Source: Eubacteriales bacterium (GTDB lineage Bacteria > Bacillota > Clostridia > Oscillospirales > CAG-272). From it: 64,000 nt of DNA. The stretch lies in the NCBI GenBank assembly GCA_045128275.1, contig JBGVRH010000102.1:360-64359 (forward strand), in the 5' to 3' direction. The notes below the pieces were generated by a model, which was not told the origin of the DNA, did not search any database, and saw nothing but the letters and a program-made list of their open reading frames with translations. The position numbers and the translations under genes were made by a program. Positions 33,343 to 42,013 of this stretch are shown piece after piece (within the stretch, counting starts at the first letter, position 1; the number at the start of each line of letters is the position of its first letter).

Positions 33343-35334
33343 ATGTCCCTTCCCTACCGTCAGATCCACCTCGATTTCCACACCTCCGAGTGCATCGAGG
33401 GCATCGGCTCCCGCTTCTCCCGCGAAAACTTCAAAGCGGCCCTGCAGGCGGGTCATGTGAATTCCATCACCCTGTTCTCCAAGTGCCACCACGGCTGGTC
33501 CTACCATCCCACAAAGGTGAATCTCCCCCATCCCCACCTGTGCTGTGACCTCTTGGACGAGCAGCTTTCCGTCTGCGAGGAGCTGGGGGTGCGCACCGAG
33601 ATCTACATCTCGGCAGGACTTTCCGAGCAGTACGCCGTCCGCCATCCCGAGCATCTGCGCCGAGACAAGAGCGGCTACGGCGGCAACTTCGACACCGAGG
33701 CGGGCTATCACCGTCTCTGCTTCGGCACGGCCTACCTGGATCAGCTCGCCGCCGAGATCGAGGAGATGCTGACCCGCTACAAGGGCCGCTTTGACGGTCT
33801 GTTTTTGGATATCATCGGCATGGTCCCCTGCTGGTGCCCCGACTGTGTCAAGGGCATGAAGGAGCGGGGACTTGACCCCGAGAGCGATGCCGACGCGTGG
33901 AAGTACGCCCGCGTGATCTACGACCGCTACACCGACCGCGTGGCCGAGGTGGTGGAGCGCATCATCCCCGGGCTTCCTATCATCCACAACGACGGCGGTG
34001 CCATCTTCCAGGGCCGTGACATTGCCTTTTGCAATCAGGGGCACTTCGAGCTGGAGTCCCTCCCCACGGGCGGTTGGGGCTACGATCACTTCCCCCGCGC
34101 CGCCGCCTACGCCCGCACCCTTGGTCGGGATTTCCTGGGCATGACGGGCAAGTTCCACACCACCTGGGGTGAGTTCGGCGGCTTCAAGCACCCGAATGCC
34201 CTGCGCTACGAGGCGGCTCTGGCCAACGCTTGCGGCGCGCGGTGCTCGGTGGGCGATCAGCTCCACCCCGACGGTGAGTTTGACCTTGCCACCTACAACC
34301 TCATCGGCGCGGCCTATGCCGAGGTGGAGGCCCGCGAGCCTTGGCTGATGGGCTCTCACCTCACCGCCGATATCGGTCTGCTCTCCGCCGAGAACTTCCG
34401 TACTATTTGTCCCAATGCCCTCCCCGAGGGCATCAAGCAGGATCTGGGTGCCAACCGCATCATGCTGGAGGGGCATTACCTCTACGATATCCTCGACCCC
34501 GAGGCTGATTTCGGGAAGTACCGCCTCCTCATTCTCCCCGACACCATGGAGATCCCCGAGGGGGCTCTCCGCGACAAGCTGAACGCCTATCTGGCAAAGG
34601 GCGGTAAACTTCTGCTGACAGGCAAGTCGGGCACCTATGAGGGTAAGTTCGTCTTCGACTTTGGCGTAGACTTTGGCGGAGAGGGCCAGTCCCGCCCCGC
34701 TTACCTGCGCCCCTGCTTTGACCTGCAGCCCAACGGCCAGACCAGCTACGTCACCTACAGCCGTAACTACGATATCGCCCTCCGGGAGGGCTTTGACGGG
34801 GAGGTGCGCGACCTCAAGGTAGAGTCCTACTTCAACCGCGCCCCCCGCCGCTTCTGCTCCCACCAGCACACCCCCTACGATCGTGACAAAACCTCTCCCG
34901 CCGCCGTTGTGACTACCCAGATCGGGTATATCGGCTGGGATATCTTCACAGAGTATGCAGACAAGGGCTCGGTATACGTCAAGTATGCCGTGCTGGATAT
35001 CATCGACCGCCTGCTGGGAGACGGCAAGACTCTCGTGACCGACCTGCCCTCCTGCGGCATCACCTCGGTGGCGGTGAAGGCGACCGAAAACGGCACTCAG
35101 CTCATCCACCAGCTGGTCTACGCCATCCCCAAGGTGAGGGGCAACGGTATTGAGATCATCGAGGATCTGCCCTTTACCCCCGACGTGACCTGCTCGCTGG
35201 CCGTGCCCGCCGCTCCCAAGCGGGTGTATCTGGCCCCCGACATGACCGATCTGTCCTTCGCCTACGAGGACGGCCGCGTGACCTACACCGTACCGGGATT
35301 CTCTTGCTCGGCCATGGTGGTTGTGGAAATGTAA
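33343..35334 (+). CDS. Putative glycoside hydrolase (GHL6-like TIM barrel with a beta-galactosidase-trimerisation-like domain)
   Basis: 663 aa. N-terminal QIHLDFHTS motif and Cys cluster CWCPDC. RBS aaaggaga. The function call is tentative. Confidence 0.75.
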   Translation: MSLPYRQIHLDFHTSECIEGIGSRFSRENFKAALQAGHVNSITLFSKCHHGWSYHPTKVNLPHPHLCCDLLDEQLSVCEELGVRTEIYISAGLSEQYAVRHPEHLRRDKSGYGGNFDTEAGYHRLCFGTAYLDQLAAEIEEMLTRYKGRFDGLFLDIIGMVPCWCPDCVKGMKERGLDPESDADAWKYARVIYDRYTDRVAEVVERIIPGLPIIHNDGGAIFQGRDIAFCNQGHFELESLPTGGWGYDHFPRAAAYARTLGRDFLGMTGKFHTTWGEFGGFKHPNALRYEAALANACGARCSVGDQLHPDGEFDLATYNLIGAAYAEVEAREPWLMGSHLTADIGLLSAENFRTICPNALPEGIKQDLGANRIMLEGHYLYDILDPEADFGKYRLLILPDTMEIPEGALRDKLNAYLAKGGKLLLTGKSGTYEGKFVFDFGVDFGGEGQSRPAYLRPCFDLQPNGQTSYVTYSRNYDIALREGFDGEVRDLKVESYFNRAPRRFCSHQHTPYDRDKTSPAAVVTTQIGYIGWDIFTEYADKGSVYVKYAVLDIIDRLLGDGKTLVTDLPSCGITSVAVKATENGTQLIHQLVYAIPKVRGNGIEIIEDLPFTPDVTCSLAVPAAPKRVYLAPDMTDLSFAYEDGRVTYTVPGFSCSAMVVVEM

Positions 35335-35364
35335 ATGGGGTTTAACGATAGCGCATATTTTGCC

Positions 35365-35455
35365 GTAGGGGCGGGGCTTGGGCCTCCCGCTACATAAAAA
35401 ACTTTTGCTATTTCTAATTTTTACAGATTTCGGGAGGAGCAAGCCCCTCCCCTAC
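35365..35455. repeat. Inverted repeat with GC-rich arms and an AT-rich centre (family 4-like)
   Basis: gtaggggcggggcttgggcctcccg (35365-35389) is mirrored by cgggaggagcaagcccctcccctac (35431-35455). The AT-rich centre contains aaaaaactttt, as in the reverse complement of the 8969-9175 element. Confidence 0.75.
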
Positions 35456-35480
35456 CGAGTAAAGTGATCGCACCGCTAAA

Positions 35481-35547
35481 CCCAAATTTGAAACAAAAAC
35501 CGAATCAAAAAATATCATGTCCCCTCATATCAAACTCCAAATCACAG
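35481..35547 (+). repeat. Degenerate duplicate of the pepP 5' UTR and first ~10 codons (compare 36391-36460)
   Basis: cccaaatttgaaacaaaaacc(g/a)aatcaa...catgtccc.tc.t..caa.ctccaat is shared. The SD (ggag) is lost in this copy. Confidence 0.7.
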
Positions 35548-35571
35548 GGTCATTGCGAAAGGAGGGACACC

Positions 35572-36375
35572 ATGTTCGAAAAGCTCACCGAGATAAATGA
35601 GAAAAGAAAGCTCGCTAAGTTTTCAACAAGTTTTTCCGATCATCCCGCACTGAAACCCATCAAAGCTTTTGTCATCGGTGAAATGGACATCGCGGAATTT
35701 ATGAGCCTCTTTACAGAGACGAATGAGATCGCCGATTATCTGGATTCCATCGTGGACTACATGGAAAAGTATGACGTTCCCATCCAACGCCGCACCATTC
35801 TGATGAAAAACGTGAATCAGAACAAGCCCTTCGCCGCCCGTTCCTACGTGGAGCGGTATATCAAGCTCCACGCACAATCATTCCGTGATCTTTCAAACGA
35901 GTGGAAAGTAAATCCGCCCAAGGTCAGCGCACACCTAAAAAAGCTGTCGCCCCATACAGCATACGGTGCTTACGAGATACACGGCATCCTTGCGGATTTT
36001 TACTATCAATTCGATCAGACCTCGGAAAGAACCGAGAAGTACCATAATGAATTCGAATTCATCTTGGACACGCTCCCGGGGTATCTGGCGGGTGGAATTT
36101 CCGCGGAGAATTATGTAAGCCAATTCATTTTACCCAACTATCCGGCCACCATGAAAAAAGGGGAACGAAAGCGGATGGTAAAAGAAGAGATCAAAATAGC
36201 CTTCCCCAGAGATGGCAAGGGGTACCCCCGTTGGCTCCAAAGTCCCGAATGGCCTATGGGCTCTGACGGAAAGCCCGCGGCATACGTTGGGCAAAAAGCC
36301 TTTGCCGAGTATACCGAATACTACTTCAGAGACACCGCGACAAATGCCGGATTGACGGTAACGCAGTGGTGGTAG
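35572..36375 (+). CDS. Hypothetical protein (267 aa) in an AT-richer cassette; the C-terminal motif resembles YwqG/DUF1963-type proteins
   Basis: RBS aaaggaggg before the ATG at 35572. C-terminal motif GYPRWLQSPEWPMGSDGKP. Composition is visibly more AT-rich than the flanks. Confidence 0.7.
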   Translation: MFEKLTEINEKRKLAKFSTSFSDHPALKPIKAFVIGEMDIAEFMSLFTETNEIADYLDSIVDYMEKYDVPIQRRTILMKNVNQNKPFAARSYVERYIKLHAQSFRDLSNEWKVNPPKVSAHLKKLSPHTAYGAYEIHGILADFYYQFDQTSERTEKYHNEFEFILDTLPGYLAGGISAENYVSQFILPNYPATMKKGERKRMVKEEIKIAFPRDGKGYPRWLQSPEWPMGSDGKPAAYVGQKAFAEYTEYYFRDTATNAGLTVTQWW

Positions 36376-36431
36376 ATCCCACGCCCCGATCCCAAATTTG
36401 AAACAAAAACCAAATCAAGGAGATAAATACC

Positions 36432-37511
36432 ATGTCCCATCTTTCCAAGCTCCAATCCGCCATGAAGGCGGCTCACACCGAGGCCATTGTGGTCTCCTCC
36501 GAGATCAACCAAAGATACCTGTCGGGGCTGAACTACACCGACGGCTTCGTGGTGGTGCTCCCCGAGAAGGCCTTCCTGCTGGCCGACTTCCGCTACATCG
36601 AGGATGCCCGCACCCAGGTGGACGCTTCCGAGTTCGAGATCGTCATGCCCGACCGCTCCATGCTTTCCTACGTGGCCGCCATCCTGAAGGACTACGGCGT
36701 GAAGGTCGCCCTCTTTGAGGAGGCTACCTTGTCCTACTCCCTCCTGGAGCGTTTCAAGAAGACCTTCGAGGGCGTGGAGATGCAGAGCGGCGCGTCGGCC
36801 ATGATCGACGGTCTGCGCCTGTACAAGGACGCCGCCGAGATCGAGAAGATGGCCCGTGCCCAGAAGCTGACCGACGACGCCTTCGCTCACATCCTGAATT
36901 TCATCAACCCCGACCGCACCGAGGTGGAGGTGGCTCTGGAGCTGGAGTTCTTCATGCGGGCTCACGGCTCGGAGGGGACTGCCTTTGACACCATCGCGGT
37001 GTCGGGCACCCAGTCCTCCCGCCCCCACGGCGTGCCCCGTCCCGTGAAGCTGGAGCGTGGCTTCTTCACCATGGACTTCGGCGCAAGAGTGGACGGCTAC
37101 TGCGCCGACATGACCCGTACCGTGGTCATCGGCAAGGCCGACGAGGAGATCAAGAAGGTCTACAACACCGTCCTCCGCGCCCAGACCACCGCCATCGAGT
37201 CCCTCCGCGTGGGGCTTCCCTGCGCCGAGGCCGACAAGATCGCCCGCGATATCATTGATGGCGCCGGCTACAAGGGTCTCTTTGGCCACAGCCTGGGCCA
37301 CGGCGTGGGTCTCTACATCCACGAGGCTCCCCGCTTCGCCTCCTCTGTTCCCGCCGACGTCCTCCTCGCCCCCGGTCACGTGGTCACGGTGGAGCCCGGT
37401 ATCTACATCGAGGGCAAGTACGGCTGCCGCATCGAGGATATGATCGCGGTGCTGGAGGATGGCACCATCCACGACTTCACCAAGAGCCCGAAGGAGCTTA
37501 TTGAGCTGTAA
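36432..37511 (+). CDS. pepP: Xaa-Pro aminopeptidase (M24B family)
   Basis: Creatinase-like N-domain plus the pita-bread fold, with ligand motifs DFGARVDGYCADMTRT, HSLGHGVG and VEPGIY..RIED. Confidence 0.9.
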   Translation: MSHLSKLQSAMKAAHTEAIVVSSEINQRYLSGLNYTDGFVVVLPEKAFLLADFRYIEDARTQVDASEFEIVMPDRSMLSYVAAILKDYGVKVALFEEATLSYSLLERFKKTFEGVEMQSGASAMIDGLRLYKDAAEIEKMARAQKLTDDAFAHILNFINPDRTEVEVALELEFFMRAHGSEGTAFDTIAVSGTQSSRPHGVPRPVKLERGFFTMDFGARVDGYCADMTRTVVIGKADEEIKKVYNTVLRAQTTAIESLRVGLPCAEADKIARDIIDGAGYKGLFGHSLGHGVGLYIHEAPRFASSVPADVLLAPGHVVTVEPGIYIEGKYGCRIEDMIAVLEDGTIHDFTKSPKELIEL

Positions 37512-37530
37512 ATTGCAGTTTGTAGGGGAA

Positions 37531-37600
37531 CGGGGGAACGGCCTCCGGCGGCTTAGAACCTTTTTGCAAAAAGGTTCTAAGAACTCCAAAAACCTTCAAA
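37531..37600. repeat. Palindromic intergenic repeat, family 3, copy 2
   Basis: Same flanks as 1351-1425. The central palindrome is changed to cttagaaccttttt-gc-aaaaaggttctaag, with both halves changed together. Confidence 0.8.
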
Positions 37601-37748
37601 AAACATAAATATACCAAGCGATTTGATAGTGGGTAGCATAGAGGAGACCCCCATGGGGCCCCTTCCCCATTGGTATATTTGATTCGTGAAAGGGATATGC
37701 ATCCCACCGATAAACCCAAATTTGACCCCCCCCCGAAAGGAGCCCGCC

Positions 37749-38525
37749 ATGAAGATCACCTTTCTCGGCACCAGCCACGGCATCACCGAAAAGAACCAAT
37801 TCTGCTCCTCTGCCCTCGTAAGCACCGGCGGCAAGCACTACCTTGTGGACGCGGGCGCGCCCGTCCTGACTCTGCTGAAGAACCACGATATTCCCCTCAC
37901 GGATGTGGCGGGGGTGTTCATTACCCATTCCCATCATGACCATTTCATGGGGCTGGCGGTGCTGACCCAGCAGGTCAACGAGTTCCACCAGTTCAAGGAC
38001 GTATCCTTCCCCGTCTTTGTCCCCGACGAGGAGGACTACCACCGTATGTTCGCCTTCCTTTTCGGTGACCCCGCCTTCCACGGACGGCTGGCCTACACGA
38101 TCTACGGAGGCCTCACCGACCCCTACGGCGACCGCGCCCGCCGCGTCTCCGCCGTGATCTTTGACGACGGCAACCTGAAGGTCACCGCCATCCCCGTGGA
38201 TCACTATCAGAACGCCCACGCCTTCCTTCTGGAGGCCGAGGGTAAGCGGGTGGTCTTTACGGGAGATCTGATGGCCGATATGCCCGATTACCCCAAGGTC
38301 ATCACCGAGAGCGATGTGGATCTGGTGGTCACCGAGGGCGCCCACACCAGGCTCAACAAGCCCGAGGTCATGGCGCTTCTGAAGTCCAGCCGCACGAAGA
38401 CCTTGGTGATCACCCACCGTTACGATCAGGTCAACCCCGACGGGGCGGTGGCCGAGCTGGCGGAGTATACCAAGGATAGGTTTGAGACGGTACTGGCGCA
38501 CGACAACATGATTTGGGAGCTGTGA
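37749..38525 (+). CDS. MBL-fold metallo-hydrolase
   Basis: HSHHDH motif (FITHSHHDHFMG) and a later H/D ligand pattern. RBS gaaaggag before the ATG at 37749. Confidence 0.85.
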   Translation: MKITFLGTSHGITEKNQFCSSALVSTGGKHYLVDAGAPVLTLLKNHDIPLTDVAGVFITHSHHDHFMGLAVLTQQVNEFHQFKDVSFPVFVPDEEDYHRMFAFLFGDPAFHGRLAYTIYGGLTDPYGDRARRVSAVIFDDGNLKVTAIPVDHYQNAHAFLLEAEGKRVVFTGDLMADMPDYPKVITESDVDLVVTEGAHTRLNKPEVMALLKSSRTKTLVITHRYDQVNPDGAVAELAEYTKDRFETVLAHDNMIWEL

Positions 38526-38627
38526 TGGATCTCCCTCTTGCTTTTGTTGAGAAATCCTCTCAAAACGGTTGATTGACTTGCCGCAGTGGGGTATGATATA
38601 ATGAAAAAAACCTTGAAAGTGACGAAT

Positions 38628-39116
38628 ATGAAGCGGCTCATAGGGCAGATCATCCTGTTTGTTTTGTCGATTACCTTTTTCTCCTGCATTTACATCGGCG
38701 TTTTCAAAATGTCTGTCGCCGCCTTCTGCATACTGCTGGCGATACTGGCTTTGTACGCTGTGTGTATGGGGATTGGCGAAAAGGGTATGCGGGAGCTGCA
38801 CAAATACGAACAAAAGCTCATTCATTTCGGGCTGGATGAAAAGGATGACCGTAGAATCCTGCTGTTTTCCCTGCTGACCCTGTTCCCCGCCTACTTCTGT
38901 ATGATCCTCGTGTCCGCCGTCCCTTTGTACTCCTACACGGTCTGGCTGATCACGGTCTTTCCCTGTATTCTGCTGAACTGCCTGCCCATGAGCAGCGTGT
39001 TGGAGGAGTATCATGGACTCACCCGAAAAAAAGCACCGTTTTTGGTGTGTTGTGTTCTGATCACGGCGGTGCTTTGTCTTGTAGGTGTCTTGGGGTCTCG
39101 GTTGCTTTTGGCATGA
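38628..39116 (+). CDS. Hypothetical integral membrane protein
   Basis: Four or five hydrophobic helices. Start is uncertain: the track ORF begins at 38586, but the -10 box TATAAT at 38597-38602 overlaps the earlier ATGs, so the ATG at 38628 was chosen. Confidence 0.55.
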   Translation: MKRLIGQIILFVLSITFFSCIYIGVFKMSVAAFCILLAILALYAVCMGIGEKGMRELHKYEQKLIHFGLDEKDDRRILLFSLLTLFPAYFCMILVSAVPLYSYTVWLITVFPCILLNCLPMSSVLEEYHGLTRKKAPFLVCCVLITAVLCLVGVLGSRLLLA

Positions 39117-39170
39117 ACGTCACGATCCGCCATGCGACCCGCTTGTAACCGACCGCTATCTTTCATAACA

Positions 39171-39212
39171 AAATACCGCGCAAACGGAGAGCCCCCGTCT
39201 GCGCGGTATTCT
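39171..39212. terminator. Bidirectional terminator between convergent genes
   Basis: Stem ataccgcgca / tgcgcggtat with flanking A- and T-runs. Confidence 0.65.
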
Positions 39213-39218
39213 TTTCTG

Positions 39219-40043
39219 TTACGGCATATAGGGACTGCCGTTGTAGGTGTAGTCCTCGGGCATGATGAGGGGGGTGATGAACTTGATGGTATACTCCACA
39301 CCCCACTGGCCGCGGGTGCCCATCCAATGGTTGGAATGAGGCTCGATGGACAGCATACCGTTGTAGTGGCTGTTGTAGAGGACCGTCATGACCGCGCCCC
39401 AGTTGATCTGATCCAGCCCTGCGGGGGGATCGTCGTAGTGTCGGCCGTCCACGTACAGAGAGCCCTTGATGTGGAAGTGGTTGATGCGGCTGCCCCACGC
39501 CACCATCTCGTGGAGGTAATCCCCCCCGCGGCCGAGGCAATGGGAGGTATCGTACTTCAGACCCAACTCGGGCAGTGCGCCGAGGATGGGCTCCCATTCC
39601 TTTTCGGTCACGACGAAATTCTCCCAGGAGCAGTTGTACACCGAGATCTTGACGTTTTTGCCCTTGGCGTAGTCGATCAGCGTACCGAAATAGCGGATGG
39701 CGATCTCGCAGTTTTCCTCGAAGGTCTTGCCCTCGGTCCAGTTGCAGCCCACGTTGAACACAGGGCAGCCCAGGGCGGATGCGGCATCGATCAGGTTCTT
39801 GTCATGCTGCAGAGCCGAGGGAATGATCTCGCCTCCCTCGTCGATGCGCCTCTGTCCCCAGCGGCCGATGGAGCCCACGGCTACGTCATACCGCTCGCTG
39901 AGGGCCTTGATCTCCTCGGTGTGTCCCGCTACCTCCATGCTGTCGTAATTGTGGTTGCAGCAGAACTCCACCGCGTGCAGGCCAAGCTCCGCCACGTATC
40001 GGAAGGAAGCCTCGTCCCAACCGTTGATGATACCAAGCTTCAT
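39219..40043 (-). CDS. Sugar phosphate isomerase/epimerase (xylose isomerase-like TIM barrel)
   Basis: 274 aa with the conserved E/D/H/E metal pattern (..FNVGCNW.., ..HFHIKG.., ..SIEPH..). RBS aaaaaggaga. Confidence 0.8.
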   Translation of the reverse strand: MKLGIINGWDEASFRYVAELGLHAVEFCCNHNYDSMEVAGHTEEIKALSERYDVAVGSIGRWGQRRIDEGGEIIPSALQHDKNLIDAASALGCPVFNVGCNWTEGKTFEENCEIAIRYFGTLIDYAKGKNVKISVYNCSWENFVVTEKEWEPILGALPELGLKYDTSHCLGRGGDYLHEMVAWGSRINHFHIKGSLYVDGRHYDDPPAGLDQINWGAVMTVLYNSHYNGMLSIEPHSNHWMGTRGQWGVEYTIKFITPLIMPEDYTYNGSPYMP

Positions 40044-40088
40044 ATTTGTCTCCTTTTTGTTTTTTCAGGTATTCGATGGTGAAATATT

Positions 40089-40270
40089 CAAATTTGGATT
40101 CGTCGGCGCGTTTTTTGAGCGGTCATCCTGAGCGGAGCCGCAACGCGGCGGAATCGAAGGATCTCATAACGTATTTGTCGCGTTGACAAAATGGGTAGGA
40201 GATCCTTCGACTCCGCTTCGCTCCGCTCAGGATGACTGTTCTATAGCAACCCGCTAAACTGCAATTCAAA
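40089..40270. repeat. MITE-like palindromic element, family 2, copy 1
   Basis: agcggtcatcctgagcggagccgcaacgcggcggaatcgaaggatc ... gatccttcgactccgcttcgctccgctcaggatgac, bounded by caaatttgg... and ...ccgctaaactgcaatt termini. Confidence 0.85.
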
Positions 40271-40316
40271 GCATATCCCGCACGTCAAATATTTTTCAGA
40301 GGATAACACATCCCCA

Positions 40317-41147
40317 TCATTTCTTGAACCGTCTCCCCGTCTCCTCCAGGTACAGCCGTAGCATGAGCGGCCAGTCGGTCTGGATGAGATCGTAGCCCCG
40401 ATCCGCCAGCCAGCCCCAGCCGCCCTCGGGGTCGCCTGCGGCGGAGATGTCGTCGCTATGGCCTGCGGAAAGCTGGGTCTTGTAGTTGTAGATAATGGCG
40501 TTGGCCCAGACCAGGCGGCCGTCGCGGTGGAGCTTATTTATGTAGGCCTCGCATCCCACCTCGGTGTCCTCGCGGTCAAAGAGCACCTCCGCGCCCACGT
40601 AGTTGATGTTCCGCTTCATGAGGGCATCGTGGAGTCCCTCGTCCTTGCGGATGATAGGAAGATAGGCGATCTCGGGGAACACCTCCTCCATGAGGTCGAA
40701 CATCTGCTCGGATGGGGAGGTCTTGACCACGATCTGATCCTCCATGCCGAAGCGGCGGATCAGACCGCACAGCTCGCGGGGGTAGAGCCAGAATTTGTCG
40801 ATGTTGATGTAGCATTTACCCTTGCACAGCTCGAAGATCTCCTCCAGGGTGGGGATGCCGAACTGGGTGGGGACGCGGTCGGTGTTGAGGTAGCGGAGAG
40901 CCTGCACCTCGGTGTCGCGGAGGTCGGGAATGGACAGGTCAACGCCCAGATGGCGGGACTCCATCTTGGGGTGGAAGCTGTACAGGGTGCCATCGGCAGA
41001 CATATTGGCGTCCACCTCGATCATGTCGGCCCCTTGGGCGAGAGCGGCCTTGTAGGCGGCCATGGTGTTGCAGGGGATGTTGCCCGCGGAGGATCCGCGG
41101 TGGGCGACGATGAGGAGGCGGTCACGGGCGGAATCGAAGATGTTCAT
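40317..41147 (-). CDS. Glycerophosphodiester phosphodiesterase family protein
   Basis: N-terminal VAHRG...N, E.D (MIEVD) and later H/E motifs of the GDPD fold. Confidence 0.85.
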   Translation of the reverse strand: MNIFDSARDRLLIVAHRGSSAGNIPCNTMAAYKAALAQGADMIEVDANMSADGTLYSFHPKMESRHLGVDLSIPDLRDTEVQALRYLNTDRVPTQFGIPTLEEIFELCKGKCYINIDKFWLYPRELCGLIRRFGMEDQIVVKTSPSEQMFDLMEEVFPEIAYLPIIRKDEGLHDALMKRNINYVGAEVLFDREDTEVGCEAYINKLHRDGRLVWANAIIYNYKTQLSAGHSDDISAAGDPEGGWGWLADRGYDLIQTDWPLMLRLYLEETGRRFKK

Positions 41148-41202
41148 GGGAAGCTCCTTTCGGAAAGATGCAAGATACGAGATACAAGATATGGATCATT
41201 TC

Positions 41203-41982
41203 TTACGGGCGCAAGGATCCCTTTTTCCAACAATGCCTTGCAATATTGGCCCATTTTTCCGAGGCGTGGGCGCGATTGGCGGACCGGACGGCCAAAATAA
41301 TGTACACCGTCCAGATCGCCATCAATACGACAACGATCAAGGTCATCACCCATGACCGACCCACGATGCCCATTATGAGGAAGGGGAACGTCAGTAGGTA
41401 AAAGGCCGTCCAAAGCGCATAGTACCCGCCGGCACCGCCACACACAGCATTCGCAAAGAGACGGACAGGCGGCTCGGGCAGGTCGGGGTCAAGCTGTCCC
41501 TGGGGGATCTTTTCCAGAATAGCCTCCAACATGGGATCATCCGCCTTGGGGTCTCTGGCATAGATCAGCCATTTTGGGGTATTGCGGAACCAAAAGATCA
41601 CCTCATGGCCCTGCTCGACGATCTTAACAATGTCACGGTAGCGCCATTCCTTTTTGCGGCCCCAAAAGTCCTGTTGGATCAGGCAGGTGTCCGCCACCCA
41701 CAGACGGCAGTTGTAATAGGAAACGATGAGGCTGACGCCAAGCAGATTGAAGGCCACAATGAACAGGGCCGACCACCACGGCGCGCGATCCTTGATGGCC
41801 AGGGGGATGAATATGCCTGTGATGATCGCCATGCAGACGATCCCGAGGATCATGTTTCCCGCCCAGGGCTTGGCCATATGCTCCGCCTTGTGGGCGTGGC
41901 GGGCCAGGATGACCGTCAGGACAGCTACGGTGAAATAGAACAGGCCGATGATCCCAAGGGCTATGATGGTGTCCGGTGTCAT
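41203..41982 (-). CDS. Hypothetical integral membrane protein (259 aa)
   Basis: Three N-terminal and three C-terminal TM helices flank a soluble middle domain. RBS aaaaaggagg. Confidence 0.7.
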   Translation of the reverse strand: MTPDTIIALGIIGLFYFTVAVLTVILARHAHKAEHMAKPWAGNMILGIVCMAIITGIFIPLAIKDRAPWWSALFIVAFNLLGVSLIVSYYNCRLWVADTCLIQQDFWGRKKEWRYRDIVKIVEQGHEVIFWFRNTPKWLIYARDPKADDPMLEAILEKIPQGQLDPDLPEPPVRLFANAVCGGAGGYYALWTAFYLLTFPFLIMGIVGRSWVMTLIVVVLMAIWTVYIILAVRSANRAHASEKWANIARHCWKKGSLRP

Positions 41983-42013
41983 GTCTCGACCTCCTTTTTT
42001 CGGGTTTCTACGT

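Noticed and set aside
33307-39014. Long minus-strand ORFs at 33307-35442 (711 aa), 36321-37589 (422 aa) and 37596-39014 (472 aa)
   Set aside because: These are antisense to the GHL6-like, pepP and MBL/membrane genes, which have RBSs and recognisable motifs. Their composition is typical of shadow ORFs.
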